A stretch of DNA of 64,000 nucleotides from an uncultured Rhodobacteraceae bacterium (lineage in GTDB: Bacteria; Pseudomonadota; Alphaproteobacteria; Rhodobacterales; Rhodobacteraceae): contig CALHAP010000068.1 of assembly GCA_937931795.1 (NCBI GenBank), positions 1,169 through 65,168 of the forward strand, given 5' to 3'. The notes under the pieces were generated by a model. That model had not been told where the DNA came from. It saw only the letters and a program-made list of their open reading frames with translations, and did not search any database. Position numbers and translations under genes: made by a program. Below, one piece after another: positions 46,298 to 55,917 of the stretch (positions are counted from its first letter, which is position 1; the number at the start of each line of letters is the position of its first letter).

Positions 46298-46939
46298 ATG
46301 AGCCATCACGACGATTTCAAATTCGAGCCTGTTCGCGGTTTACCCGAGGCCCTGCCGGAGGGTGAGCATATCTTGTGGCAAGGCGCGCCCAATCCCGCCC
46401 GCCTCGCGCGTGATGCGATGGGTCTGCGGTGGATCATGGGGTATTTTGTTCTGCTGGCCGTCTGGCGTGTGGGCACGTCGTCGGTGGATTATCCGCTGGG
46501 GCAGGCCGTGTTGCACGGTGTGCCATTTCTCTTGATGGGGGCGATTGTCTGCCTGATCCTGTTTGGGATCGCCTATGTGCAGGCCTGCAGCACTGTCTAT
46601 ACGATCACCAACAAACGTGTGGCGATGCGCATTGGCGCGGCTCTGACCATGACCCTGAACCTGCCGTTCGTTCAGATCGGCACGGCAAAGGCGGATGTGA
46701 AGCCTGATGGCACCGGCACCATCGCGTTTGAGCTGATGGGCGACACCCGTGTCAGCTATCTGATGACTTGGCCGCATGTGCGCCCGTGGTATATGGCCCG
46801 GACCCAGCCTGCGTTGCGCTCTATTCCCAACGCCCGCGAGGTCGTCGAGATCTTTGCCGATGCCGCTGAAACCCGCGTGGGCCAGCCACAATTGACCCGC
46901 CGCGAGCCTGCCAATGGCAGCGCCGTTGCCGCAGAATAG
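46298..46939 (+). CDS. puhB: RC assembly protein PuhB
   Basis: 213 aa, FKFEPVRGLPEALPEGEHILWQGAP and two TM segments. Position after puhA. Confidence 0.8.
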   Translation: MSHHDDFKFEPVRGLPEALPEGEHILWQGAPNPARLARDAMGLRWIMGYFVLLAVWRVGTSSVDYPLGQAVLHGVPFLLMGAIVCLILFGIAYVQACSTVYTITNKRVAMRIGAALTMTLNLPFVQIGTAKADVKPDGTGTIAFELMGDTRVSYLMTWPHVRPWYMARTQPALRSIPNAREVVEIFADAAETRVGQPQLTRREPANGSAVAAE

Positions 46940-46951
46940 GAGCGTTTGACC

Positions 46952-47407
46952 ATGAGCAGCCTCAAAGACCAGATGATCCTGCGCGACAAGGAAATGGTCC
47001 CCCGTTTCCTCGTGCAGGCGATGTTTGCGCTGATGATCACCGTCACGGCGCTCGTGGCGTTTGCCCAATGGACCGGCCTGCCCAACACGGGCGTCGTCAC
47101 CGAAGCCCCGATCATCAAAGAGCGTGTGGTGACCATCGCGGGCGACCGGCGCGGGATTTACACGCTGACCGAAAATGGCGTCGAGATTGCCGTGTCGTCT
47201 GATGATCGCGCTGGTTTCATCGGGGTGATCGGCAAGGTGATCGACCGTCAACGTATGCTGTCAGGTGTGCCGTTCGACACACCGTTGCGGATCGTGCGCC
47301 GGGACAATGGTCATACCGCGATCATCGACGATGGTACGGGCCATACGATCGAGTTGAGCGCTTATGGCGCCGACAACATCGCTTCATTCGCCAATCTATT
47401 GGACTAA
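46952..47407 (+). CDS. puhC: RC assembly protein PuhC
   Basis: About 151 aa, single N-terminal TM (FLVQAMFALMITVTALVAF). AGGAG 9 nt upstream of ATG 46952. Position after puhB. Confidence 0.75.
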   Translation: MSSLKDQMILRDKEMVPRFLVQAMFALMITVTALVAFAQWTGLPNTGVVTEAPIIKERVVTIAGDRRGIYTLTENGVEIAVSSDDRAGFIGVIGKVIDRQRMLSGVPFDTPLRIVRRDNGHTAIIDDGTGHTIELSAYGADNIASFANLLD

Positions 47408-47460
47408 ACCGCAGGCGGGTTAGCCCCCCAACTGCCAATAAACTATAAGGGAACACAGAC

Positions 47461-47757
47461 ATGGGATGGATTTTTAGATCACGCGAGACGGCGCCCTGCA
47501 CCGTCAGCATCAGCCACCGGTTCGAAGAACTGTCGGCGCATGTGCGGTTCAACAACGGGGCAGTGATCCACCCCGGCGACACGGTCAAGGTGCAAGGCCC
47601 GGAGATCATGGCCCCCTACGGCGAAGTCGTCGAAGAAGACCGCATGGCCACGATCATCCGCGCCTCGAAGCTGGAGCAGCTGTGGACCCGTGCGACGGGT
47701 GATTTCGAGTTTATGGAGCTGTGTGAATTCTCGTTTTCTGAGGAGGCTTTGTCATGA
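47461..47757 (+). CDS. bciE: Small conserved protein upstream of acsF, probable BciE-type auxiliary subunit of the O2-dependent cyclase
   Basis: 98 aa, soluble, ATGA-coupled to acsF. Same position as the small ORF (Rsp_6110/BciE) described for Rhodobacter sphaeroides. Assigned by synteny only. Confidence 0.55.
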   Translation: MGWIFRSRETAPCTVSISHRFEELSAHVRFNNGAVIHPGDTVKVQGPEIMAPYGEVVEEDRMATIIRASKLEQLWTRATGDFEFMELCEFSFSEEALS

Positions 47758-48884
47758 ACGCGCAGACCCCCCTTCATTCCTCCGATGCTGCGACCGCCGA
47801 AGAGGCGATTGCCCGCCAAGAAGCCTTGCCGCCCTTGACCAACGAGGAAGCGACCGATGTGGCGATGCAGAACACCCTGCTGACGCCGCGGTTTTACACC
47901 ACCGATTTCGACGAGATGGACGCGATTGACGTCAGCCCGGTGCGCGAAGACTGGGACGCGCTGATCGCCCAGATGAAGGCCGATCCGAACAAGGGGCACT
48001 TCAAGAAGAACGAAGATTGGGACGAGGTTGATTGGGACGGTATGGAGCCCAAGCTGAAGGCCGAGTTCATCGATTTTCTGATCTCTAGCTGTACTGCTGA
48101 ATTCTCGGGCTGTGTGCTCTATAAAGAGATGAAACGACGCGGTAGCAACGAAGATATCACGACCCTGTTCCAACTGATGGCGCGCGACGAGGCGCGTCAT
48201 GCAGGGTTCATCAATGATGCGCTGCGCGAGGCGGGTATTGCCGTGAACCTCGGGTTTTTGACGCAGGCCAAGAAGTACACGTATTTCCGGCCCAAGTTTA
48301 TCTACTACGCCACCTATCTGAGCGAAAAGATCGGCTATGCGCGGTATATCACCATCTATCGCCATCTGGAAAAGCATCCTGAAAAGCGCTTTCACCCGAT
48401 CTTCAAATGGTTCCGCGAGTGGTGCAATGACGAGTTCAGCCATGGCGAGGCCTTTGCCTTGCTGATGCGCACCGACCCCGCGCTGACGGAGAGCCGCGTG
48501 AACAAGATGTGGATCAAGTTTTTCCTCACTGCCGTGTTCAGCACGATGTGGGTGCGCGACCATCAGCGGCCTGCGTTTCATGATGCGCTCGGCGTTGATC
48601 CCGAATGGTACGGTCAGGAAGTGTTCCGCAAAACGAGCGACATCTCTTGTCAGGTGTTTCCAATGATGCTGGACATTGATCACCCCCGTTGGTTGCCAAC
48701 CCTGCGCCGGATCGAGCGCGCGAATGTGGCTATTGCCGCAGGTCGTAAGGCTGGCGGCATCAGTGGTTGGCTGACGCGGATGGGCGGGACTGTGCGTGCG
48801 GGCGCGAACTTTGTGGCCCTTCTGACCATTCCGTCTATTCCCAACGCCACGCCTGTCGATGTGCGGATGGAGCCTGCGTATTGA
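47754..48884 (+). CDS. acsF: Mg-protoporphyrin IX monomethyl ester oxidative (aerobic) cyclase
   Basis: 376 aa with LLTPRFYTTDFDEMD and di-iron ExxH motifs (DEARHAGF, DEFSHGEAF). Confidence 0.9.
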   Translation: MNAQTPLHSSDAATAEEAIARQEALPPLTNEEATDVAMQNTLLTPRFYTTDFDEMDAIDVSPVREDWDALIAQMKADPNKGHFKKNEDWDEVDWDGMEPKLKAEFIDFLISSCTAEFSGCVLYKEMKRRGSNEDITTLFQLMARDEARHAGFINDALREAGIAVNLGFLTQAKKYTYFRPKFIYYATYLSEKIGYARYITIYRHLEKHPEKRFHPIFKWFREWCNDEFSHGEAFALLMRTDPALTESRVNKMWIKFFLTAVFSTMWVRDHQRPAFHDALGVDPEWYGQEVFRKTSDISCQVFPMMLDIDHPRWLPTLRRIERANVAIAAGRKAGGISGWLTRMGGTVRAGANFVALLTIPSIPNATPVDVRMEPAY

Positions 48885-48885
48885 T

Positions 48886-49689
48886 ATGACCCACTGGATG
48901 GCAGCCATGATCGCGATATTTGTCTGGTGGTTCGCCACCGGCATGATCATGCTCGCCGTCCGTTGGGCCGACCGCGCAGGCGGCGGGGCGCATGGCATGG
49001 TGGTGTTTGCCGCTGTGCCGATACTGGCCCTTGGCGTGGCGGGTGTGATCCTGTCGGTGTCATCCGAAACGGTGTTGGCGGTCTATGCAGGGTTCCTAGG
49101 CGCGCTTGGTATCTGGGGCTGGATCGAGCTGGCGTTTTTGGCCGGTGTGATCACCGGGCCAGAGCGGCGCGACTGTCCGCCGGGATTGTCCGGATGGGCG
49201 CGGTTTATGCGCGCCTGGGGGACCGTGTCGCACCACGAGATTGCGCTGACGCTGGGCTTGCTGGCCGTGGTGATGGTGACCGCAGGGGCCGAAACCCAAG
49301 TCGCACTTTGGGCCTATGTGATCCTCTATCTGGCGCGCATCTCGGCCAAGCTGAACCTGTTTTTCGGGGTGCCCCGGATCAATTTCGAATTCGTGCCGGG
49401 TAAGCTGGCGCATCTGAAATCATACTTTCGCCGGGGGCCGATCACCTTGGCCTTTCCCATAGCGATCACGGGCCTGTCGTTTGCGCTGGCCTGTTTTGCG
49501 GAACGGTTGTGGGGCGCTGTGCTGCCCGCTGAGGCCGCGACATATACATTGCTGGTGGCCTTGTCGGCGCTGGCGTTGCTCGAACATTGGCTGATGGTGA
49601 TCCCGTTGCCCGATGCAAAACTCTGGCGCTGGATGTTGCCCGCGCCCAAAAACATGCCGAACGACGAGGGACGATCACATGGACTTTGA
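48886..49689 (+). CDS. puhE: Photosynthetic complex assembly protein PuhE
   Basis: About 267 aa polytopic membrane protein starting [19 protein letters not shown], 2 nt after the acsF stop. Conserved position. Confidence 0.75.
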   Translation: MTHWMAAMIAIFVWWFATGMIMLAVRWADRAGGGAHGMVVFAAVPILALGVAGVILSVSSETVLAVYAGFLGALGIWGWIELAFLAGVITGPERRDCPPGLSGWARFMRAWGTVSHHEIALTLGLLAVVMVTAGAETQVALWAYVILYLARISAKLNLFFGVPRINFEFVPGKLAHLKSYFRRGPITLAFPIAITGLSFALACFAERLWGAVLPAEAATYTLLVALSALALLEHWLMVIPLPDAKLWRWMLPAPKNMPNDEGRSHGL

Positions 49690-50893
49690 TGCACTTTTCA
49701 ACAAGCAGCTGGATCAGCTGAAAGACGACGGAAACTACCGCTACTTTGCCGAGCTGGAGCGCGATTGCGGGAAATTCCCCAAGGCCGCGAACCACGGGAC
49801 TGACGGCGTGCGCGATGTGACCGTGTGGTGTTCGAACGACTATCTCGGGATGGGCCAACACCCCAAGGTGATCGCGGCCATGTGCGAAGCTGTGGCGCGC
49901 ACGGGCACGGGGGCTGGCGGCACGCGCAACATCTCAGGCACCAACCACGACCATTTGTTGCTGGAGGCCGAGCTGGCGGATCTGCATGGCAAGGAGGCGG
50001 CGCTGCTGTTCACGTCAGGCTATGTGTCGAATTGGGCGGCGCTCAGCACGTTGGGGTCGCGGTTGGAAAACTGTGTGATCTTGTCGGACGCGGGCAACCA
50101 TGCGTCGATGATCGAAGGCATCCGGCACAGCCGCGCGCAAAAAGTCATCTGGAACCACAACGACGTGGCAGACCTCGAGGCGAAACTGGCGGCCTTGCCC
50201 GCGAACGTCCCCAAGATCGTGGCGTTCGAGAGCGTTTATTCGATGGACGGCGACATCGCCCCCATCCGGCAGATCGTGGAAGTGGCCGAGAAATACGGCG
50301 CCATGACCTACCTCGACGAGGTCCATGCGGTCGGCATGTACGGCCCGCGCGGCGGCGGCGTGGCCGAGCAAGAGGGGCTGATGGACCGCATCACCCTCAT
50401 TGAGGGCACATTGGGCAAGGCATTTGGCGTGGTCGGCGGCTATATCACCGGATCGGCGGCGCTGTGTGATTTCATCCGCTCATTTGCGTCCGGGTTCATC
50501 TTTACCACCGCATTGCCGCCTGCCGTGGCCGCGGCTGCCCGCACCTCTATTGCGCATCTTAAAGAGAGCGACGCCGAGCGTATGGGGCAGCGCAGCCAAG
50601 TCGCGCGGCTGAGAGCAGCGTTGGACCGGCAGGGTATTCCGCATATGGAAAACGACAGCCATATCGTGCCCGTGCTGATCAAAGACCCGGTCAAAACCCG
50701 GATGCTGGCCGATTATCTGATGGCGGAATGGGATATTTACGTCCAACCGATCAACTATCCGACCGTGCCAAAGGGGACCGAGCGTTTGCGCTTTACGCCG
50801 TCACCGTTGCACACAGATGCCGATATTGATTATTTGGTGTCTGCGCTCGCAACGCTTTGGAAACAATGCGCAATTGCACATGCCGTGGCGTGA
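49679..50893 (+). CDS. hemA: 5-aminolevulinate synthase
   Basis: About 404 aa, [23 protein letters not shown], with the class-II aminotransferase PLP-lysine region (TLGKAFG). Overlaps the puhE end by 11 nt. Confidence 0.9.
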   Translation: MDFDALFNKQLDQLKDDGNYRYFAELERDCGKFPKAANHGTDGVRDVTVWCSNDYLGMGQHPKVIAAMCEAVARTGTGAGGTRNISGTNHDHLLLEAELADLHGKEAALLFTSGYVSNWAALSTLGSRLENCVILSDAGNHASMIEGIRHSRAQKVIWNHNDVADLEAKLAALPANVPKIVAFESVYSMDGDIAPIRQIVEVAEKYGAMTYLDEVHAVGMYGPRGGGVAEQEGLMDRITLIEGTLGKAFGVVGGYITGSAALCDFIRSFASGFIFTTALPPAVAAAARTSIAHLKESDAERMGQRSQVARLRAALDRQGIPHMENDSHIVPVLIKDPVKTRMLADYLMAEWDIYVQPINYPTVPKGTERLRFTPSPLHTDADIDYLVSALATLWKQCAIAHAVA

Positions 50894-51009
50894 TCACGCG
50901 GTGTTGAAGGTTTCTGCATCTTTATGCTGGACCTTATGTTTCAATGCCTTATCTTTAACATCGACTGGGGCACACTGTCGCACGATCCATTTCTAGGGAG
51001 ACCCTACAT

Positions 51010-51447
51010 ATGACCAAATTCACACTCGCCGCTGCGATGACACTTTTGGCCGCACCTGCGTTCGCAGATGGCCATGCATCCGGCGACGCCGCCGCTGGCG
51101 AAGAGGCGTTCGGCCGTCAGTGCGTCAGCTGTCACATTGTGGCAGACGCTGACGGCAATGTTCTCGCCGGGCGCAACGCCCGCACTGGCCCGAACCTATA
51201 CGACATCGCCGCGCGCGGCATCGGCATGCACCCTGATTTCAACTACGGCGATTCAATCGTGGAAGTGGGCGAGACAGAGATGCTGTGGACCGAGGAGAAC
51301 TTTGTCGGCTACGTCCAAGACCCAACAGGTTGGCTGCGCGAAACACTCGACAACCGTCGCGCCCGTGGCAAGATGGCCTATCAGGTCCGCAGCGAAGAAG
51401 ATGCGATCAACATCTACGCCTACCTCGCGACATTTGCCGCTGAATAA
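51010..51447 (+). CDS. cycA: Cytochrome c2
   Basis: 145 aa with a signal peptide, haem motif CVSCH, and the TGPNLY and DPTGWL...KMAY (Met ligand region) blocks seen in Rhodobacter c2. Confidence 0.75.
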   Translation: MTKFTLAAAMTLLAAPAFADGHASGDAAAGEEAFGRQCVSCHIVADADGNVLAGRNARTGPNLYDIAARGIGMHPDFNYGDSIVEVGETEMLWTEENFVGYVQDPTGWLRETLDNRRARGKMAYQVRSEEDAINIYAYLATFAAE

Positions 51448-51471
51448 GCGCAGCATTGCGATCTAAAATTC

Positions 51472-51503
51472 GGGCTGTCAGAGTGATCTGGCAGCCCGTT
51501 TTT
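51472..51503 (+). terminator. Rho-independent terminator after cycA
   Basis: GGGCTGTCAG agtgat CTGGCAGCCC followed by GTTTTTA. Abuts the convergent bchO stop. Confidence 0.65.
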
Positions 51504-52356
51504 ATGTCGCTAGCCAAGCGATGATATGGTCTGCGATCAGATCGGGGGCTTCTTCATGGGCCAGATGCCCGAGGTCCGGCAGGTCGATATGCTGCGCACC
51601 TGGCATCTGTGCCGCAGCCTGCGCGCTGGTTTTTGGCGGGACCGCTTCGTCTTGTGATCCGGTGATCAGTAAGGTGCGCGCGGTGTTTTCGGGCAACCGT
51701 GCTGTCAGCCCGTCGAGCGACCATTGCGCCATCATCGCCAATGTTGCGTCCACATGCGTCCGGTCGCGCAACAACCGCCCATAGAGCGCCAAGCCGTCCG
51801 CGTCCAATGTAGATCCCGTGCCTGTGATCAGCCGCGCGACCGTGCGGCCTGTGGCCGTGGCCGAGAATATGCTGGCCGTCAGCGGGTTCATCGCCAGCAT
51901 TTTGGCCATCACCGGAAACAGCCACCCCGCGACCCCGGTGAAATTGGCCAATGCCGCATTAATCCCGATGATCCGTGGCTGAGGTGCCCCCCCCAATTCG
52001 GCCATGCGCAGGGCAATCGCGGCCCCCGCCGAATGGCCGACGATTGCCGTGGGCGTCCAGCCTTCGTGATCGACCAAGGCCCGCAGATCTTCGGCCATAT
52101 GCGTGAGATTGCAGCGCGCCCTTGCCCCCATTTTGGTGAACCCTTGGCCCGGTAGATCGACGGCTACGACGTGGAAATGTTGCGCGAGGATCGGGAACAG
52201 CGCCCGCCAGCTTTGCGTGGCTCCGCCTGCGCCGTGGATGAGCAGGATCGTCTGTCCGGTGCCGCCCTCTTGGATGTGCCAGCGGTGCGGACGCACATGG
52301 GCAAAGCGTGATAGATCGGCCATGGGCCAGCCCGTCGCATCCTGCGGCCACCGCAT
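51502..52356 (-). CDS. bchO: Alpha/beta hydrolase BchO (Mg-chelatase-associated)
   Basis: 284 aa with LIHGAGGATQSW and the nucleophile elbow GHSAGAA. Last gene of crtA-bchIDO. Confidence 0.75.
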   Translation of the reverse strand: MRWPQDATGWPMADLSRFAHVRPHRWHIQEGGTGQTILLIHGAGGATQSWRALFPILAQHFHVVAVDLPGQGFTKMGARARCNLTHMAEDLRALVDHEGWTPTAIVGHSAGAAIALRMAELGGAPQPRIIGINAALANFTGVAGWLFPVMAKMLAMNPLTASIFSATATGRTVARLITGTGSTLDADGLALYGRLLRDRTHVDATLAMMAQWSLDGLTARLPENTARTLLITGSQDEAVPPKTSAQAAAQMPGAQHIDLPDLGHLAHEEAPDLIADHIIAWLAT

Positions 52357-52359
52357 GGC

Positions 52360-54003
52360 TTAAGCGTCCAAGGTCGTGGTGATGGCGGCGGACACCCGGT
52401 GCGCATCGGCGCGCGGCATCGCCAGATAGCTGCCGCCCATCAGTGCCGACAACTCGTGCAGTGTGGGATTTGGACGCTGCCCTGTGTCGATGGTGATCGA
52501 GCCTGTGCCTGTCGCCGCGATTTGTCGTGCGATCAGCCGCGCGTCTGTGCGCGCCTCGGCCCGGCTGGCGGCCCCGTCGAGTGCGATGTTCGCCTTACCG
52601 TCTGTCAGCAGCACGATGGTTGGCGTCAGCCCGCGCCGTGTCGCGTGGTCTGCCTGTGTCAGTGCCTGCCGCAACCCGGCTGCCAGCGGTGTGCCACCCC
52701 CGCCGGGCAGCGCTGCGAGCCGCCGTTTCGTCTGCACGAGGCTGCGCGTGGGCGGCAATAGCAGTTCGGCCTCGGCCCCGCGAAACGCCACCAGCGAGAC
52801 GTGATCGCGTTTGGCATAGGCCTGCGCTAGCATGATCTCGATCGCGCCCTTTGCCTCGCCCAATCGCGCGAGGGCCGCTGATCCCGAGGCATCGACCGCG
52901 AAGATCAGCAAGCGGTCTGATTGTGTCTCGTAGCGTTTGATATGAATGTCGCCGGGGCGGATGTGCAGGCCGTCGTGCTCGGGACGTGCGCGCGCGCGGA
53001 GGGTTTGCCATGGGGCCGCCGCCCGTAGTGTTGCCACCACATCGACGCGGGCCGCACTGCCCAATCGCCCGGCCCGCGCGGGCAGGGGGCGTCCGCGTCT
53101 GTTGCCTTGTTTCTTGGCGCCTGATCCTGCGCCTTTGGCGCTGCGTTGCTTGGTGGCCGCGATTTTTTCGAGCAGGTTGCCCGGCAACATCGCCCGCACT
53201 GCGTCTAGGATCAGCTCGTCAGGCAGTTGCATCTCTCCGCTGCCTTGGGGTGGCTCTTCGGGGGATGTGTCGGGTGTTTCCGTCTCGGGTGCGGGTTCGG
53301 GCCAGCGTGTCGCGCGGTGCGCTAAAACCAGCGCGCAGGCGGCCTCGATATCCTCTGTGGTGACGCAAGTGTTCCCCATCAGTGCCGCATGGGCGCGTGC
53401 GGCGCGCAGCGCAAAAAGCGGGGCCCGCGCACCCATGATACCGAGACTGTCGCAGAGGCCCGCGATCTGCGCGATGGTCTCTGGCGCTGCTGTGACGCGC
53501 GCGATGTCGCGTGCTGTGGATGGCGCGGGTGCTGTCGTGACATCGCCCAGTGCGACCCCGTCGAGATCGGTGAAAAACGCCAGCCGGTCGGACAGGGCCG
53601 GGGCCAAGCCTTCGTCGTCTTCCGCCCCTTCGTCCAGTGCTATCAGGCAGTGGCCTTGGTCGTCATTCAACGCCATCGACAGCCGCGCCGCCAAGTGCGT
53701 CGTGCAGCGTTCGGACATGGTGAGGATCAGCGTGGCGGGCGTAGACAGCAGGCCTGCGTGATGCGCCATTTTGCCGGTGGCCAAGGTTTCGCTGAGGTTC
53801 AATCCGCCAAAGAGCGCGTCGTCCGAGATCTGTGGGTGCAGGCGCACGGCGGGCAGGGGCAGTGCGCTGATCTCTTGCATCAACCGATCCCGCAACGGGC
53901 TGGACCGCGCCCGGAGATGCAGACCGCCGAGGCCTGTGGGGTCCATCGCCAGCAGCGCCAAGGCGCAGCGCGCCCGTCCATATGGGGTAGTCAGATCAGC
54001 CAA
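52360..54003 (-). CDS. bchD: Magnesium chelatase D subunit; probable TTG start
   Basis: AAA-like N-domain (ALALLAMDPTGLGGLHLRARS), an acidic/Pro-rich linker and a vWA C-domain with MIDAS (DASGS). No in-frame ATG before the conserved region. TTG 54003 overlaps the bchI stop by 8 nt. Confidence 0.8.
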   Translation of the reverse strand: MADLTTPYGRARCALALLAMDPTGLGGLHLRARSSPLRDRLMQEISALPLPAVRLHPQISDDALFGGLNLSETLATGKMAHHAGLLSTPATLILTMSERCTTHLAARLSMALNDDQGHCLIALDEGAEDDEGLAPALSDRLAFFTDLDGVALGDVTTAPAPSTARDIARVTAAPETIAQIAGLCDSLGIMGARAPLFALRAARAHAALMGNTCVTTEDIEAACALVLAHRATRWPEPAPETETPDTSPEEPPQGSGEMQLPDELILDAVRAMLPGNLLEKIAATKQRSAKGAGSGAKKQGNRRGRPLPARAGRLGSAARVDVVATLRAAAPWQTLRARARPEHDGLHIRPGDIHIKRYETQSDRLLIFAVDASGSAALARLGEAKGAIEIMLAQAYAKRDHVSLVAFRGAEAELLLPPTRSLVQTKRRLAALPGGGGTPLAAGLRQALTQADHATRRGLTPTIVLLTDGKANIALDGAASRAEARTDARLIARQIAATGTGSITIDTGQRPNPTLHELSALMGGSYLAMPRADAHRVSAAITTTLDA

Positions 54004-55000
54004 GAACCTCGTCCACGATGCGGGTAACGCGCACGCCTGATCCTGCTTCATCCAGCGGATCGCGGCGCAGACGGTGGCGCAGGGCCATGGTGGCCACAGC
54101 GCGCACATGGCCGCGTGTCAGGGCGGTATCGTCGCGCCATGCCGCATAGGCCCGCGCCGCTTTGAGCAGGGTCAGCTCGCCGCGCAACCCGTCAGACCCG
54201 AGCGCCAAACACAGCTCGGCGACGTCGCGCAGGCTGCTGTCGGGGGTTTTGAGTTTTTTGAGCGTTTTGCGGGCGCGCAGTATCTGCGCCCTGATCGCCG
54301 CGTCTTCGGCTTGCCAGCGCAGCATGAAGGCCGCGTGGTCGGTCTCATAGGCGTCGCGGCGTTTGATGACCTCAATCCGCTCGTCGATATCTGTGGGCGA
54401 GGCTACGTCCACCGACAGGCCAAAGCGGTCGAGCAATTGCGGACGCAGCTCGCCCTCCTCAGGGTTGCCTGAGCCAACGAGCACAAACCGCGCGGCGTGG
54501 CGGATGCTGAGACCTTCGCGTTCGACAACATTCTCGCCCGATTGCGCCACATCAAGCAGCAGATCGACAATGTGATCTTCGAGCAGATTGACCTCGTCGA
54601 TATAGAGGTAGCCGCGATTTGCACGCGCCAGCAGACCGGGTTGAAACGCTTTTTCGCCGTTGGTCAGCGCGCGTTCGATATCCAGCGCCCCCGTGACGCG
54701 GTCTTCCGAGACGCCCAAGGGCAGATCGACGACCGGGGTGGGGATGGTTTGCGTGGTTTTGCCCGCACCCGCGGCCCAATCGGGGACGAGGGCCGCTTTT
54801 TCCGAATTCACCGGGCAGCCTTTGACGGCCTTGATCGGTGGTAGCAGAGCGGCTAGCGCGCGGACGGCGGTGGATTTTCCCGTGCCGCGATCTCCGAACA
54901 CCAAAACACCGCCGATGGCAGGGTCGATGGCCGTCAGGATCATCGCGCGTTTCATCTCTTCTTGGCCGACGATGGCGGCGAAGGGAAAGGGCTGTTTCAT
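53996..55000 (-). CDS. bchI: Magnesium chelatase I subunit
   Basis: About 334 aa, MKQPFPFAAIVGQEEMKRAM, with Walker A GDRGTGKST. ATGA overlap with the crtA stop. Confidence 0.9.
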   Translation of the reverse strand: MKQPFPFAAIVGQEEMKRAMILTAIDPAIGGVLVFGDRGTGKSTAVRALAALLPPIKAVKGCPVNSEKAALVPDWAAGAGKTTQTIPTPVVDLPLGVSEDRVTGALDIERALTNGEKAFQPGLLARANRGYLYIDEVNLLEDHIVDLLLDVAQSGENVVEREGLSIRHAARFVLVGSGNPEEGELRPQLLDRFGLSVDVASPTDIDERIEVIKRRDAYETDHAAFMLRWQAEDAAIRAQILRARKTLKKLKTPDSSLRDVAELCLALGSDGLRGELTLLKAARAYAAWRDDTALTRGHVRAVATMALRHRLRRDPLDEAGSGVRVTRIVDEVLG

Positions 55001-55716
55001 GCGGCGGCCTCCAATGCGGCGAGCGGTGATGCGCCCTGCCAACTGCCCATATCTGATTGCACGGTGAAGCGCGCATAGAGCTCTTCGCGGAACCATTTTT
55101 CCGACCGCACGGCCCGGATCGCATCGGCATGTGGTCCGGTGCGCGCAAATGCTGCCATGGCCTGTTCATTGGGCCAGATCGAGAATGTGACTTGGTTCAG
55201 CAGTGGCATTTCACCGATGCCGATTTTGAACGCCACATTGGGGTCCGCGCCGATCATCTTGGAGATATTGGGTACACGCCCCCAGAACCGCGCGGCGACC
55301 TTTGGCTTGAGGCTGGCGCGTGTGAGGGCGGCAAGAGGGCCGGGCTGAGTGGCGGGACGTGTGGCAAACGGTGTTTGGCCGGACCATTTGCCCTTGGACG
55401 AGGTGGGGGTCAAAAACACGCTCCAGCTTTCGGTGGCATGGGCGCGGTATCGGTTGAAAATGGGCGCCGCTTCGACGCGTGCGCGGGCAATCATCGGGTC
55501 TGGCCATGTAGCAAGGACCGCGTAGACCGCCGTGTTGGGGATGGGCGTGAACCCTTCGCCGCTGCCTGATCCACACAGCTTCCAAAAGCCGATGTCAGGG
55601 GTCCGCGCAAATCCCGGCCGGGCCAACCCCATTTGCGCAAAGGCCCACGCCCGCGCGCCCACGCCCGCAAAGCGGAAGAACGATAGGCTGACGGTCTGAT
55701 GCGGAGTGTTTTGCAC
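54997..55716 (-). CDS. crtA: Spheroidene monooxygenase
   Basis: VSLSFFRF...GFWKLCGSGSGEGFTP matches CrtA. GTG 55716 preceded by GGGAGAGAG. The ORF-track ATG 55752 would place a PpsR palindrome inside the coding sequence. Confidence 0.8.
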   Translation of the reverse strand: MQNTPHQTVSLSFFRFAGVGARAWAFAQMGLARPGFARTPDIGFWKLCGSGSGEGFTPIPNTAVYAVLATWPDPMIARARVEAAPIFNRYRAHATESWSVFLTPTSSKGKWSGQTPFATRPATQPGPLAALTRASLKPKVAARFWGRVPNISKMIGADPNVAFKIGIGEMPLLNQVTFSIWPNEQAMAAFARTGPHADAIRAVRSEKWFREELYARFTVQSDMGSWQGASPLAALEAAA

Positions 55717-55731
55717 GTCTCTCTCCCAAAG

Positions 55732-55749
55732 TGTCAATTTAATGTGACA
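55732..55749. promoter_or_regulatory. PpsR/CrtJ-type operator palindrome (TGT-N12-ACA)
   Basis: TGTCAatttaatgTGACA, perfect 5-bp arms, 16 nt upstream of the crtA GTG. Confidence 0.75.
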
Positions 55750-55873
55750 CATTCAAATCGCTGTGGGAAGTGGTTGATGTGTCGCAGTGGCGCGTGGTGG
55801 CGAAAAATCACTTTACCCCGATAATGCTTGTATAGTGATGTAGTGACGGCGGAAATTGCAGCCGAAAGAAGCG

Positions 55874-55902
55874 TTGTCACGGCGGGGTTTGCTGGCTAGT
55901 GT
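55874..55902 (+). promoter_or_regulatory. Candidate crtI promoter (possibly producing a leaderless mRNA)
   Basis: TTGTCA (55874-55879), 17-nt spacer, TAGTGT (55897-55902). The crtI ATG starts 7 nt after the -10-like hexamer, and there is no SD. Confidence 0.3.
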
Positions 55903-55917
55903 CAGTTTATGTTGACA
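55900..55917. promoter_or_regulatory. PpsR/CrtJ-type operator palindrome (TGT-N12-ACA)
   Basis: TGTCAgtttatgtTGACA, perfect 5-bp arms. Contains the crtI ATG (55909-55911). Confidence 0.7.

Noticed and set aside
55717-55752. ATG 55752 as the crtA start
   Set aside because: It would put the perfect PpsR palindrome (55732-55749) inside the coding region and add 12 non-conserved residues. GTG 55716 has a strong SD and matches the position where CrtA homologues begin, as far as I recall.
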